Counted from the stretch's first letter, positions 28,096 through 37,054 are shown. The stretch: DNA of 39,256 nt from Leptotrichia sp. (GCA_041854625.1 JBHACQ010000126.1:1-39256); one strand, 5' to 3'. Notes: generated from the sequence alone by a model not told the origin. A program made the numbers and translations.

Positions 28096-28626
28096 TTGGA
28101 AAGGAAGGATTTCATAGATTCAGACAGCAGGCTGAAAAAGGCACTTCAGATGTCAATGCTTCTTAGTTTAAGTATAGTACTTCAGATAGCTGAGTCATTT
28201 ATAGTTATTCCCTTTTTTCTGCCTGGAATAAAGCTCGGACTGGCAAATATAGTTACTATTGTAATTCTTTATATATACGGAATAAGGGAAGCCTTTAAGG
28301 TAGGAGTAATGCGGGTAGTCATATCAGGAATACTGAGAAGCGGGTTAGGTATCAATTTCTTATTTTCTTTAAATGGAATGATGCTGTCTGTACTTGTTTC
28401 GGGTTTCTTAAAAAAAACGGGAAAGTTTTCAGTAATAGGAGTCAGCATTGCAGGGGCAAATTTCCATATAATAGCCCAGATAGTGACAGCTTCCTTTATT
28501 TATAGGACAAGACTGCTGTTTATAAGCTACCTTCCATATATGCTTTTAGTAACATTGATTACAGGTTCCATAACAGGATATCTGGCAGGGGAAGTTCTTA
28601 AAAGGACTGATTTTGAAAGTTTTTAA
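28096..28626 (+). CDS. Gx transporter family / ECF S-component-like membrane protein (EetB-like)
   Basis: ES.I..P...PGIKLGLANIV, FS.IGVSIAGA.FH..AQ, YLP; GGAGGT SD with TTG start. Confidence 0.85.
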   Translation: MERKDFIDSDSRLKKALQMSMLLSLSIVLQIAESFIVIPFFLPGIKLGLANIVTIVILYIYGIREAFKVGVMRVVISGILRSGLGINFLFSLNGMMLSVLVSGFLKKTGKFSVIGVSIAGANFHIIAQIVTASFIYRTRLLFISYLPYMLLVTLITGSITGYLAGEVLKRTDFESF

Positions 28627-28751
28627 TGTAAAAAATGAAAAAAGCTTGATTTTTACGGCAAAAAATGATAATATATTTTGGTAATTTTGCATCTAATATT
28701 TTCTAGAGCAATATTTATAAATATAAATATAATTTTTGAAAGGAGGCTGGA

Positions 28752-29018
28752 ATGGCACACTCTAAATCATCTAAAAAGAGAATATTTATTGGAGAAAGAA
28801 ACGAAGCAAGAAATAAAGCTATCAAAAGTAGGGTAAAAACATTTGTAAAAAAAGTTCTTTCAGCTGTTGAAGCTAAAAATGTCGACGAAGCTAAAGCAGC
28901 ATTACAGGTTGCCTATAAAGAATTAGATAAGGCTGTAACAAAGGGAGTTCTTAAAAAGAACACTGCTTCAAGAAAAAAGTCAAGACTTTCATTAAAAGTT
29001 AATGCATTAGCAAATTAA
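28752..29018 (+). CDS. rpsT: 30S ribosomal protein S20
   Basis: MAHSKSSKKR, RNKAIKSRVKT, DKAVTKGVLKKNTASRKKSRL; AGGAGG SD. Confidence 0.98.
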   Translation: MAHSKSSKKRIFIGERNEARNKAIKSRVKTFVKKVLSAVEAKNVDEAKAALQVAYKELDKAVTKGVLKKNTASRKKSRLSLKVNALAN

Positions 29019-29062
29019 TTGCAGATGATTAATTTTAAAAAAATTTTTTTAAGATTATACAG

Positions 29063-29196
29063 TTAAAGCTGCCTTAAAGCTAATAAATCATTCTGTCTAA
29101 GAAAGATTTTCAGCTTGAGGCAGTTTTAATTTTAACGTATGGAAATTCCGTAAAAATTACATAATGTGATGGCGGAATCTTTCCATATGTTTTTTT
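29063..29196 (+). terminator. two tandem long hairpins after rpsT; the second ends in a T tract
   Basis: TTAAAGCTGCCTTA..AGCT / AGCT.TGAGGCAGTTTTAA (29063-29129); ACGTATGGAAA.TTCCG / CGGAA..TTTCCATATGT + T6 (29135-29196). Confidence 0.7.
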
Positions 29197-29234
29197 ATTG
29201 AAATTGAACTTTAATCAGGAGAATCAAATAAGAG

Positions 29235-29263
29235 TTGAAAAAAAAGTGTATATATAGTAAAAT
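29235..29263 (+). promoter_or_regulatory. sigma70 promoter of the dinG operon
   Basis: TTGAAA-17 bp-TAAAAT. Confidence 0.6.
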
Positions 29264-29281
29264 CTTTTAGTAGGAGGAGAG

Positions 29282-31753
29282 ATGATAGTTACTGATTTTA
29301 TTAATTCTAATATTATTGAAGAAATGAAAAATGAAATAAGAAATTCTGGAGGAAATGAAATTTTTTTCAGAGGAATTCCTGACAGTAAAGGAATAGTGCA
29401 GGAAATTGAAGTAATAGCTAGAGGTAACGGATATTCTGTAGCAGCATTGCTGAATATGATGAAAAAAAATGAAGTAATAATTCATAACCATCCTTCGGGG
29501 GTTCTGGTTCCCTCCAATGCAGATGTAAGTATTTCCAGTGTTTATGGAAATAGCGGTGGAGCATCATATATAGTTAATAATAATGTTGATGATATCTATA
29601 TAATTGTTCCCCTGAAAAAATATTTGAGAATAGATATAGATGACTTTTTTGGAGAAAATGGGAAAATTCATCAGGAGATAGATAAATTTGAAATACGTAA
29701 AGAACAGTATAAAATGTCTAAGTATATTGAGAAGAGCATGAATGAGAATCATAAGCTCATAGTAGAAGCAGGAACTGGGACAGGAAAGACAATAGCCTAT
29801 CTTCTCCCAACCTTGCTTTATGTACTGGAAAATAATCTGAAGCTTATTATTTCCACAAATACGATAAATCTTCAGGAACAGCTTATAAATAAGGATATTC
29901 CTCTGATAAAAAGGATAATAGGTAAAGAATTTGATTATGAAATAGTAAAAGGCAGAGGAAATTACCTCTGTAAAAGAAAACTTTATAATATGAAGACTAT
30001 TATAACTGATAAGGATACTGAGGAAGAAAAGAATGAGAAGATAATATTTAAAAATCTGATGGAGTGGGATAAGAAAACAGAAACAGGAGATAAAAATGAA
30101 GTAGAATACGGGATTTCAAATAAAGTGTGGGAAGAAGTGAGCAGTGAAACAGATACATGTATGGGGGTAAAATGTCCATACTATTCAAACTGCTATTTTT
30201 TTAAGGCGAGGAAGAAAGTTTCTAATTCGGATATGCTCATTCTTAACCACCATATGTTTTTCGCAGATCTATCAATAAGAAACGAGATAGGTTTTAATAC
30301 AGAATATTCAATCCTTCCCAATTATGATGTGATAGTCTTTGATGAGGCACATAATATAGAAGACACTGCCAGAAACTATTTTACATATGAAATTTCAAGA
30401 TATTCCTTCGGAAGACTTATGGGAAATATATATAATAGAAGAGCTTTGACAAGTACAAATTCAGGCTTTTTCACAAAACTCCTGGTACATCTGAATGAAA
30501 ACCTTCCACAGGAAGAATACATAAAAATAGATGATATGAAAGATGGGATTATAGGCAGCCTAAATGAGTTCTATGATAAAGGAAATGAAATTTTTGATAG
30601 GATAATATATATTTTTTCACAGGAAATGTCATCATCAGAGATAAAAAAGAGGATAGATAAGGACGAAATAAGAAAAAACAGAGACTGGAAGGAAGTAGAA
30701 AGATTACATAGGGATTTTAAGCAGATATATGGGGAGCTTTTAAGAAAAATTGTAAAATTCATGAATACGGTAGATGATTTTAATATGGAAGATGAAACTG
30801 GAATAATATTTGACTTTTCAAAGTATTTTGAAAAGCTTAAGCAATATTTTTCAAATTTCGAATTTATTCTTCAGTCTGATGACGGAAATTATGTCTACTG
30901 GATTAATATTATACCGTCAAAGGCTAATATAAAGCTTTATGCTACTCCTTTCAGTATATCAGATGAGCTGGATAATAATCTTTTCAGTAAGATGGAAAGA
31001 ATAATATTTACGTCAGCAACTCTGACAGTAGAAGATAAGTTTGATTATTACAGGGAAAGTATTGGCTTGAGGGATAATAGGGAAAAAAGGGTTGAAGAAG
31101 TAATTATAAATTCCCCTTTTGATTATGAAAAGCAGATGAAAGTCTACATTCCAGAGGATTTACTTGATCCGGGGAATATGGAGTTTTTAGAAGATTCTGC
31201 TGAATTTATTGAAAAGATGATAAAAAAGACGGAAGGACACTGCTTTCTTCTGTTTACTTCATACAGCTCCTTGAATTTTGTGTATAATAAGATAAAAAAA
31301 TACTTTGATAGCAGGGAATATACCCTTATAAAACAGAATGAATATCCAAGACATGAAATGATAGAAATATTTAAGAATTCCAGAAATCCTGTCTTATTTG
31401 GAACTGACAGTTTCTGGGAGGGAGTAGATGTCCAAGGAGAGCAGTTACAGTCTGTAATTATAGTTAAATTGCCCTTTAAAGTTCCGAATGATCCTGTTAC
31501 AGAAGCTATTATTGAAAATATAAGGATAAAAGGCGGAAATCCCTTTAACAGCTATCAGGTTCCACAGGCAGTAATCAAGTTTAAGCAGGGAGTAGGGAGG
31601 CTTATTAGAAGTAAGGAAGATAAGGGGATTATAACAGTTTTAGATAGCAGGATAATAAAAAAAAGTTATGGAAAGAAGTTTTTAAAGACCTTACCTAAAA
31701 ATATAATTATAAAAAACAGAAGTGAAATCTTGGGAATAATGGATACAAAGTAG
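29282..31753 (+). CDS. dinG: DinG/YoaA-family Fe-S helicase with N-terminal JAB/MPN (RadC-like) domain
   Basis: HNHPSG...PS..D; EAGTGTGKT, KGRGNYLC, C....CPY..C, DEAH, TSATL, LFTSY, FWEGVD, QGVGRLIR. Confidence 0.88.
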   Translation: MIVTDFINSNIIEEMKNEIRNSGGNEIFFRGIPDSKGIVQEIEVIARGNGYSVAALLNMMKKNEVIIHNHPSGVLVPSNADVSISSVYGNSGGASYIVNNNVDDIYIIVPLKKYLRIDIDDFFGENGKIHQEIDKFEIRKEQYKMSKYIEKSMNENHKLIVEAGTGTGKTIAYLLPTLLYVLENNLKLIISTNTINLQEQLINKDIPLIKRIIGKEFDYEIVKGRGNYLCKRKLYNMKTIITDKDTEEEKNEKIIFKNLMEWDKKTETGDKNEVEYGISNKVWEEVSSETDTCMGVKCPYYSNCYFFKARKKVSNSDMLILNHHMFFADLSIRNEIGFNTEYSILPNYDVIVFDEAHNIEDTARNYFTYEISRYSFGRLMGNIYNRRALTSTNSGFFTKLLVHLNENLPQEEYIKIDDMKDGIIGSLNEFYDKGNEIFDRIIYIFSQEMSSSEIKKRIDKDEIRKNRDWKEVERLHRDFKQIYGELLRKIVKFMNTVDDFNMEDETGIIFDFSKYFEKLKQYFSNFEFILQSDDGNYVYWINIIPSKANIKLYATPFSISDELDNNLFSKMERIIFTSATLTVEDKFDYYRESIGLRDNREKRVEEVIINSPFDYEKQMKVYIPEDLLDPGNMEFLEDSAEFIEKMIKKTEGHCFLLFTSYSSLNFVYNKIKKYFDSREYTLIKQNEYPRHEMIEIFKNSRNPVLFGTDSFWEGVDVQGEQLQSVIIVKLPFKVPNDPVTEAIIENIRIKGGNPFNSYQVPQAVIKFKQGVGRLIRSKEDKGIITVLDSRIIKKSYGKKFLKTLPKNIIIKNRSEILGIMDTK

Positions 31754-31765
31754 TTGGAGGATAAA

Positions 31766-33814
31766 ATGACAATCAATATATTTGGCCGGGAAATTATTTT
31801 GGAAATAAAAGAACTGAATAAAAGAAGTAAGAACTCAAAGAATAAGGGATTTAAGTTTCTTTTTAGATATATTCTGGCAGTTATAATATTTTTTATATTT
31901 GGTACTATGATAGAAATTTCAAGGCTGAAGGAAAATTATGAAATTGGAACTGTAGCCGAATCAGATATTATAGCTTATAAAAATGTGACATACTATATTG
32001 ATATACTGGATGAAAATATACAGGCTAAAATAATAGAAACGACAACACCTGAGTACGATGAAATTCCGGAAGTGAGGAAGGAAACGATAGATTCTATCAA
32101 TCAGTTCTTTAAGGAATTGAAAGAACTTGATATGTCGAATAGTGAAAATATAAGAAATTATATGAGAAGTAAGAAGTATACTTTTACTGAAAAGGACTAT
32201 AAGGATATTTCTGCAAGAAATGATGTAGGGTATATTGTAAATTTAATTACGGCAGCAACGGAAATATACAGTACAGGACTCGTAAAAATGGAGGATCTGA
32301 ACAGGATTATAAGAAAGAACAATATGAAGCTTGATGACCTGGATGTGAAGATTTTAAAGAATTTCCTGAAACCTAACCTGAAGATAAATGAAACTGAGAC
32401 AAGAAAGAAAATAGAAGAAAATATTGATTCTCTAAAGGATAAGGAAATAAGAATCTATAAGGGGGATATAATTGTAAAGAAAGGTGAAATAATAGACAGC
32501 GATGCCTATGTCAAACTGGAAAAGCTTAACATGATAAGAAGGGAAGATAAAGTCAGAAAAATAATAGGGTTGTCTGTAACATATATTATAATAATAAGCC
32601 TGTTATACTATATAATGAAAAAATATAGTGAAAAGGAAATGGAGTCAAATGCTTTCTATCCTTCAATGATAACAATAATAATAATAAATACATTATATAT
32701 TATGTTCTTTCATAATGAATATAGTATCTATCTTTTACCCTTTGCAATGATTCCTATAATTTTGACAGTGTTGGGGAATAAGATATATGCACTGACCTTT
32801 ACTTTTTTTAATATGATAATCCTGTCAAGGGAAGAATCATGGTTTCTGGTGACAATAGCAGTGTCAGTAGTGGCAATATATAAGGCAGATAAACTGACTA
32901 ACAGGACAAGTATAGTAAAACTTGGAATTTTTCTAGGAGTCTTTCAGGCAATACTTTCTTTAAGTTACGGGCTTGTTAATCAGATTGAATTTGGATTTTT
33001 AATGCTTACAATGATATTTTCAGTATTTTCAGGAATATTTACGGGAATGCTTTCTCTTGCACTGCTGCCGTATCTGGAAAATACCTTTGATATACTGACG
33101 GATATAAAACTGCTTGAATTAAGTGATTTTTCACATACTCTGTTGAAACAGCTGCTTCTTACAGCTCCTGGGACATTCCATCACAGCATAATGGTTGGAG
33201 CACTGGCAGAAAGTGGAGCAGAGGCAATAGGAGCAAATGCGACTTTTGCACGTATAGCCTCTTATTATCATGATATAGGGAAAATGAAGAGGCCGACATT
33301 CTTTGTGGAAAACCAGAGGGGAGGAAGAAATCCCCATGACAAGACAAGTCCTTCACTAAGTGCATTGATAATTACTTCCCATACTAAGGATGGGTATATT
33401 CTAGGAAAGCAGAATAAACTTCCAAAGGAAATACTGGATGTCATATTGGAACATCATGGAACGACTCTTGTACAGTATTTTTACTATAAGGCTCTGGAAA
33501 ATGACAGTAATGTACTGGAATCTGACTTCAGATATAGCGGACCTAAACCTAGGAGCAAGGAAAATGGGATTATCCTTCTGGCGGATACAATAGAGGCTGC
33601 GGTGAGATCTTCTGAAGATAAGAGCAGGGAAGGTATTGAAAACTTAATAAGATATCTGGTAAAGTATAAAATAGATGATAATCAGCTAAGCGATTCAGAC
33701 CTGACTCTTGGAGAAATAGAAAAAGTCATACAGGCCTTCCTGAATACATTACAGGGGGCGTACCATGAAAGGATTAAATATCCTAAAATAGATGAAAAAA
33801 TGAAAAAGAGGTAA
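31766..33814 (+). CDS. 7TM-HD phosphohydrolase (PgpH-like, candidate c-di-AMP phosphodiesterase)
   Basis: Extracytoplasmic domain, multi-TM region, APGTFHHS, YYHDIGK, EHHGT, LADTIEAA; located just upstream of ybeY. Confidence 0.87.
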   Translation: MTINIFGREIILEIKELNKRSKNSKNKGFKFLFRYILAVIIFFIFGTMIEISRLKENYEIGTVAESDIIAYKNVTYYIDILDENIQAKIIETTTPEYDEIPEVRKETIDSINQFFKELKELDMSNSENIRNYMRSKKYTFTEKDYKDISARNDVGYIVNLITAATEIYSTGLVKMEDLNRIIRKNNMKLDDLDVKILKNFLKPNLKINETETRKKIEENIDSLKDKEIRIYKGDIIVKKGEIIDSDAYVKLEKLNMIRREDKVRKIIGLSVTYIIIISLLYYIMKKYSEKEMESNAFYPSMITIIIINTLYIMFFHNEYSIYLLPFAMIPIILTVLGNKIYALTFTFFNMIILSREESWFLVTIAVSVVAIYKADKLTNRTSIVKLGIFLGVFQAILSLSYGLVNQIEFGFLMLTMIFSVFSGIFTGMLSLALLPYLENTFDILTDIKLLELSDFSHTLLKQLLLTAPGTFHHSIMVGALAESGAEAIGANATFARIASYYHDIGKMKRPTFFVENQRGGRNPHDKTSPSLSALIITSHTKDGYILGKQNKLPKEILDVILEHHGTTLVQYFYYKALENDSNVLESDFRYSGPKPRSKENGIILLADTIEAAVRSSEDKSREGIENLIRYLVKYKIDDNQLSDSDLTLGEIEKVIQAFLNTLQGAYHERIKYPKIDEKMKKR

Positions 33815-33818
33815 AAAA

Positions 33819-34283
33819 ATGCTGGAATGTGATATAACTTATGAAATAGAGAATATGGAAGATTTTATGGAAGAAGAAAGAATAGAGAAATTCTGTAATT
33901 TTATATTGAAAAGGGAATATGGAGAAGAATATGAGAAAAATAACTACTATCTGTCATTTTTAATTACAACAGATGAAGTTATAAGGGAAATAAACAGGGA
34001 ATACAGGGAGAAGGATTCAGCAACTGATGTAATATCTTTTGCTTACAATGAAACAGAAAATATGGGACCTGTAAATATCCTGGGAGACATTGTAATATCA
34101 GCAGACAGGATAAGATGTCAGTCAGAAGAGTATGGACATACATCTGAAAGGGAGTTTTATTATGTACTTTGCCATGGACTCTTACATTTACTAGGGTATG
34201 ATCATATTGAGGAAAAGGAAAGGTCTATAATGAGGAAAAAGGAAGAAGAAATTCTGGAAGAATTTAACTACACAAGAAACTAG
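33819..34283 (+). CDS. ybeY: rRNA maturation endoribonuclease YbeY
   Basis: NREYR..D..TDVISF, LGDIVIS, HGLLHLLGYDH. Confidence 0.96.
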   Translation: MLECDITYEIENMEDFMEEERIEKFCNFILKREYGEEYEKNNYYLSFLITTDEVIREINREYREKDSATDVISFAYNETENMGPVNILGDIVISADRIRCQSEEYGHTSEREFYYVLCHGLLHLLGYDHIEEKERSIMRKKEEEILEEFNYTRN

Positions 34284-34316
34284 CTGATAAAATTATAAAA
34301 AATTAGGGAGGAGAGA

Positions 34317-35126
34317 ATGAGCGGACAGGAAAAACCTAAAAAAAAGAATTTTATATTCAGAAGGTATGAAAATTATGACTGGGATATAAAAAAGGAAAGA
34401 GAAAGAGATAGGAGAATAGTGGACAGTTTTAATTTTGCAATAGAAGGGCTTACTGAAGCGTTGAGAAATGAAAAGCATATGAAGGTACATATTCTTCTTG
34501 CGATAATAATTGTTATACTGGCTATACTTACTAATGCTACTAAAGTAGAAATACTAATAATTTCATTGTCGGTTTCCTTTGTTATAATTACAGAAATGAT
34601 AAATACATCTGTTGAGGCATTAGTTGATTTAATATCTCCCAACAGGCATCCGTTAGCCAAGCTTGCGAAAGATGTAGCAGCAGGGGCAGTGCTGGTTGCT
34701 GCAATTAATGCAATCTGTGTAGGCTATCTACTGTTCTATGATAAAATGCTTGATATATTTGACAGTAAAAATAAGTTACATATTCTAGCTGCAAGGAAGG
34801 GGAATGTGGCAATCCTGATACTGGTTCTGACAGCAATTATTGTAATAGTAATAAAATCATTCTATAAGAGAGGGACTCCTCTGGAGGGAGGAATGCCTAG
34901 CGGTCATAGTGCAATGGGATTTGCAGTGTTTGGAATAATGCTGTTTATTACAGGAGATATAAGGGTACAGGCTCTTGCTCTTTTTATGGCTCTTCTTGTG
35001 GCTCAAAGCAGGGTAAAGGCAGGGATACATAGTTTTAGGGAGGTACTGGCTGGAGGACTTCTAGGATTTACGATAGCTTTTGTAATTATGTTTATAATGG
35101 TTCAGTTTAGAATACTTTATAATTAG
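34317..35126 (+). CDS. dgkA: DgkA (diacylglycerol/undecaprenol kinase) fused to a PAP2 phosphatase domain
   Basis: SFNFAIEG, EMINTSVE..VD, AKDVAAGAV; then GMPSGHS and SRV..GIH..EV..G. Confidence 0.87.
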   Translation: MSGQEKPKKKNFIFRRYENYDWDIKKERERDRRIVDSFNFAIEGLTEALRNEKHMKVHILLAIIIVILAILTNATKVEILIISLSVSFVIITEMINTSVEALVDLISPNRHPLAKLAKDVAAGAVLVAAINAICVGYLLFYDKMLDIFDSKNKLHILAARKGNVAILILVLTAIIVIVIKSFYKRGTPLEGGMPSGHSAMGFAVFGIMLFITGDIRVQALALFMALLVAQSRVKAGIHSFREVLAGGLLGFTIAFVIMFIMVQFRILYN

Positions 35127-35391
35127 GGACTAAACTGAAATTGTAAAGAAAGTAGGTACAAGGTACTTTAAAAATTAAGAAAAATAATATATAATAAATT
35201 AAAGTCTAAATTATTCATTAAAGACTTTTAGTATATTGTAAATAGAAAGGCTTTTATAGTTTTATTAAAAAATTTATTTTTTAATAATTTATACGGGTAA
35301 TTTAGAATGAATAAATTAAGTGTTTGTAAGACAAATATACTTTTTGAGAAATCAGAAAGTGCCAAAAAATAAATAATTAGGAGGAAAAATT

Positions 35392-36318
35392 ATGTCAATA
35401 TTAGTTTTTGGACACAAAAATCCGGATACAGATACAATATGTTCGGCAATCGCTTATGCAAAACTTAAGAATAAACTGGGGAAAGATGTAAAACCTGTAA
35501 GGCTTGGTGAACTTAATGAAGAAACGAAGTATGCGATAAACTATTTTAAGATGGATATTCCGGAGCTTGTGGAAAATGTTGCAGGGAAAGAAGTAATACT
35601 GGTAGATCATAATGAAAGAACTCAGACAGCAGATGGCTTTGAAGAAGCAAAGGTACTTGAACTTATCGATCATCACAGAATTTCAAATTTTAATGTTGAT
35701 GAACCTTTAATGGTGAGAATGGCACCAGTAGGATGTACAGCTACAATAATATTGAAAATGTTTAAGGAAAATGATATAGTCCCTTCAAAGGAAGTTGCAG
35801 GCTTAATGCTTAGTGCGATAATTTCTGATACATTACTGTTTAAATCACCTACATGTACTGAATGTGATGTAAAGGCTGGAAAGGAACTTGCAGAAATAGC
35901 AGGAGTAAATGCTGAAGAATATGGGCTTGAAATGTTGAAAGCAGGAACTGCCCTGGGGGATAAGAGCGACTCTGAACTATTGAATATGGACATGAAGATA
36001 TTTGACATTGACAGTACTAAAATTGGAGTAGCACAGATAAATACAGTGAATGAAGATGAAATTATTGAGAAGAAAGAAAGTCTTATTTCAGAAATTAATA
36101 ACATTATAAACAGGGAAGGATTGAAGTTTTTTGTATTTATAGTTACAAATATACTATCAAATGACTCTGTGGGAATAGTTGCAGGAGAAGGTACTGAAGT
36201 TGTGGAAAAAGCTTTTGGAGAAAAAATATCAGGTAACCTGATAGCTTTAAAAGGTGTAGTTTCAAGAAAAAAACAGGTAATACCTCCTTTAACTAAAGCG
36301 ATACAGGAAGATAATTAA
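35392..36318 (+). CDS. ppaC: manganese-dependent inorganic pyrophosphatase (family II)
   Basis: GHKNPDTD, LVDHNE, IDHHR, SDTLLFKSPT, VVSRKKQV. Confidence 0.96.
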   Translation: MSILVFGHKNPDTDTICSAIAYAKLKNKLGKDVKPVRLGELNEETKYAINYFKMDIPELVENVAGKEVILVDHNERTQTADGFEEAKVLELIDHHRISNFNVDEPLMVRMAPVGCTATIILKMFKENDIVPSKEVAGLMLSAIISDTLLFKSPTCTECDVKAGKELAEIAGVNAEEYGLEMLKAGTALGDKSDSELLNMDMKIFDIDSTKIGVAQINTVNEDEIIEKKESLISEINNIINREGLKFFVFIVTNILSNDSVGIVAGEGTEVVEKAFGEKISGNLIALKGVVSRKKQVIPPLTKAIQEDN

Positions 36319-36334
36319 ATAATAAAGTGCAGAA

Positions 36335-36612
36335 AGTTAAACTACTGGTATAAAACTTATGAGAAAAGTCCAGGACTGGAAGGTCAATAAAGGACTTTTT
36401 TCATAGGAAATGTAAAAAGTCTCATGCTATTTCCAATATTGAAGTCTCAATAAAAAAATGGGGGTAGCAGGAGTGTCTGGAATGGAGCAGGAAAGACCAC
36501 CGGAAAAATAAATTTTGTGATATGAGGCAGTATATAGTATTTATTGGTTCTATTTGCAGTAGCAGTCTTAAGATACGGTATAAAAGATTGAGAAAATACC
36601 AGTCTGGTAACT
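36335..36612 (+). other. multi-hairpin structured intergenic region (candidate ncRNA, long 3' UTR or repeat element)
   Basis: Long-range ACTGGTAT/ATACCAGT closure plus internal 16-bp and 11-bp stems with many G-U pairs. Confidence 0.4.
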
Positions 36613-36638
36613 AAAAGGTAAATAAAATCTAATTAAAA

Positions 36639-36667
36639 TTGAAAAATAAAATTCTATATGGTATAAT
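36639..36667 (+). promoter_or_regulatory. sigma70 promoter
   Basis: TTGAAA-17 bp-TATAAT with TG extension. Confidence 0.7.
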
Positions 36668-36687
36668 CGCTTAAAGAGAGGAAGGTC

Positions 36688-37035
36688 ATGGCAATAATAG
36701 AATTTAAACGCAGAGATGAACTAAAAATCTTATTTGGTATAAAATTACCTTCAATAGTAGCATCTTTTTATAAGGAAATTATAAATAGGAAACGTTCTTA
36801 TGAAATAATAAGGGATACATTCAATATAGAAGAAGGAAGGCTTATTAATATTGTAGATGTTGTAGATGGATTGGGAAATCCTGCTTCTGTTCTGGTAGTA
36901 TATGATAATTTTATTTCTGAGAGGGAGAGATTGAAAGCTGATCTTGAAATAGAAGTTTTTGATTTTAATATTTATGAATTGAATTATAATAGTGATATTG
37001 ATATTGAAGACATAATAAAAAGAATAAAAAATTAA
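36688..37035 (+). CDS. hypothetical protein (115 aa)
   Basis: Own promoter and GAGG SD; no recognised motif. Confidence 0.75.
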   Translation: MAIIEFKRRDELKILFGIKLPSIVASFYKEIINRKRSYEIIRDTFNIEEGRLINIVDVVDGLGNPASVLVVYDNFISERERLKADLEIEVFDFNIYELNYNSDIDIEDIIKRIKN

Positions 37036-37054
37036 GATTAGAAAGGTTGATGAA

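Noticed and set aside
28096-28626. Heptaprenyl diphosphate synthase component I annotation
   Set aside because: The protein is entirely hydrophobic with no DDxxD motif or partner synthase; this family label is better read as Gx/S-component-like.
35339-35360. GAAA-tetraloop hairpin upstream of ppaC as a fluoride or Mn riboswitch
   Set aside because: No crcB or yybP-ykoY consensus nucleotides; a single short stem overlapping a possible -10 (TATACT).
36359-36380. GAGAAAAGTCCAGG resembles the RNase P RNA motif GAGGAAAGTCC
   Set aside because: The other universal RNase P elements (GAAAGTGCCACAG, ACAGAA...GCTTA) are not found downstream, and the motif is locked in a local hairpin.
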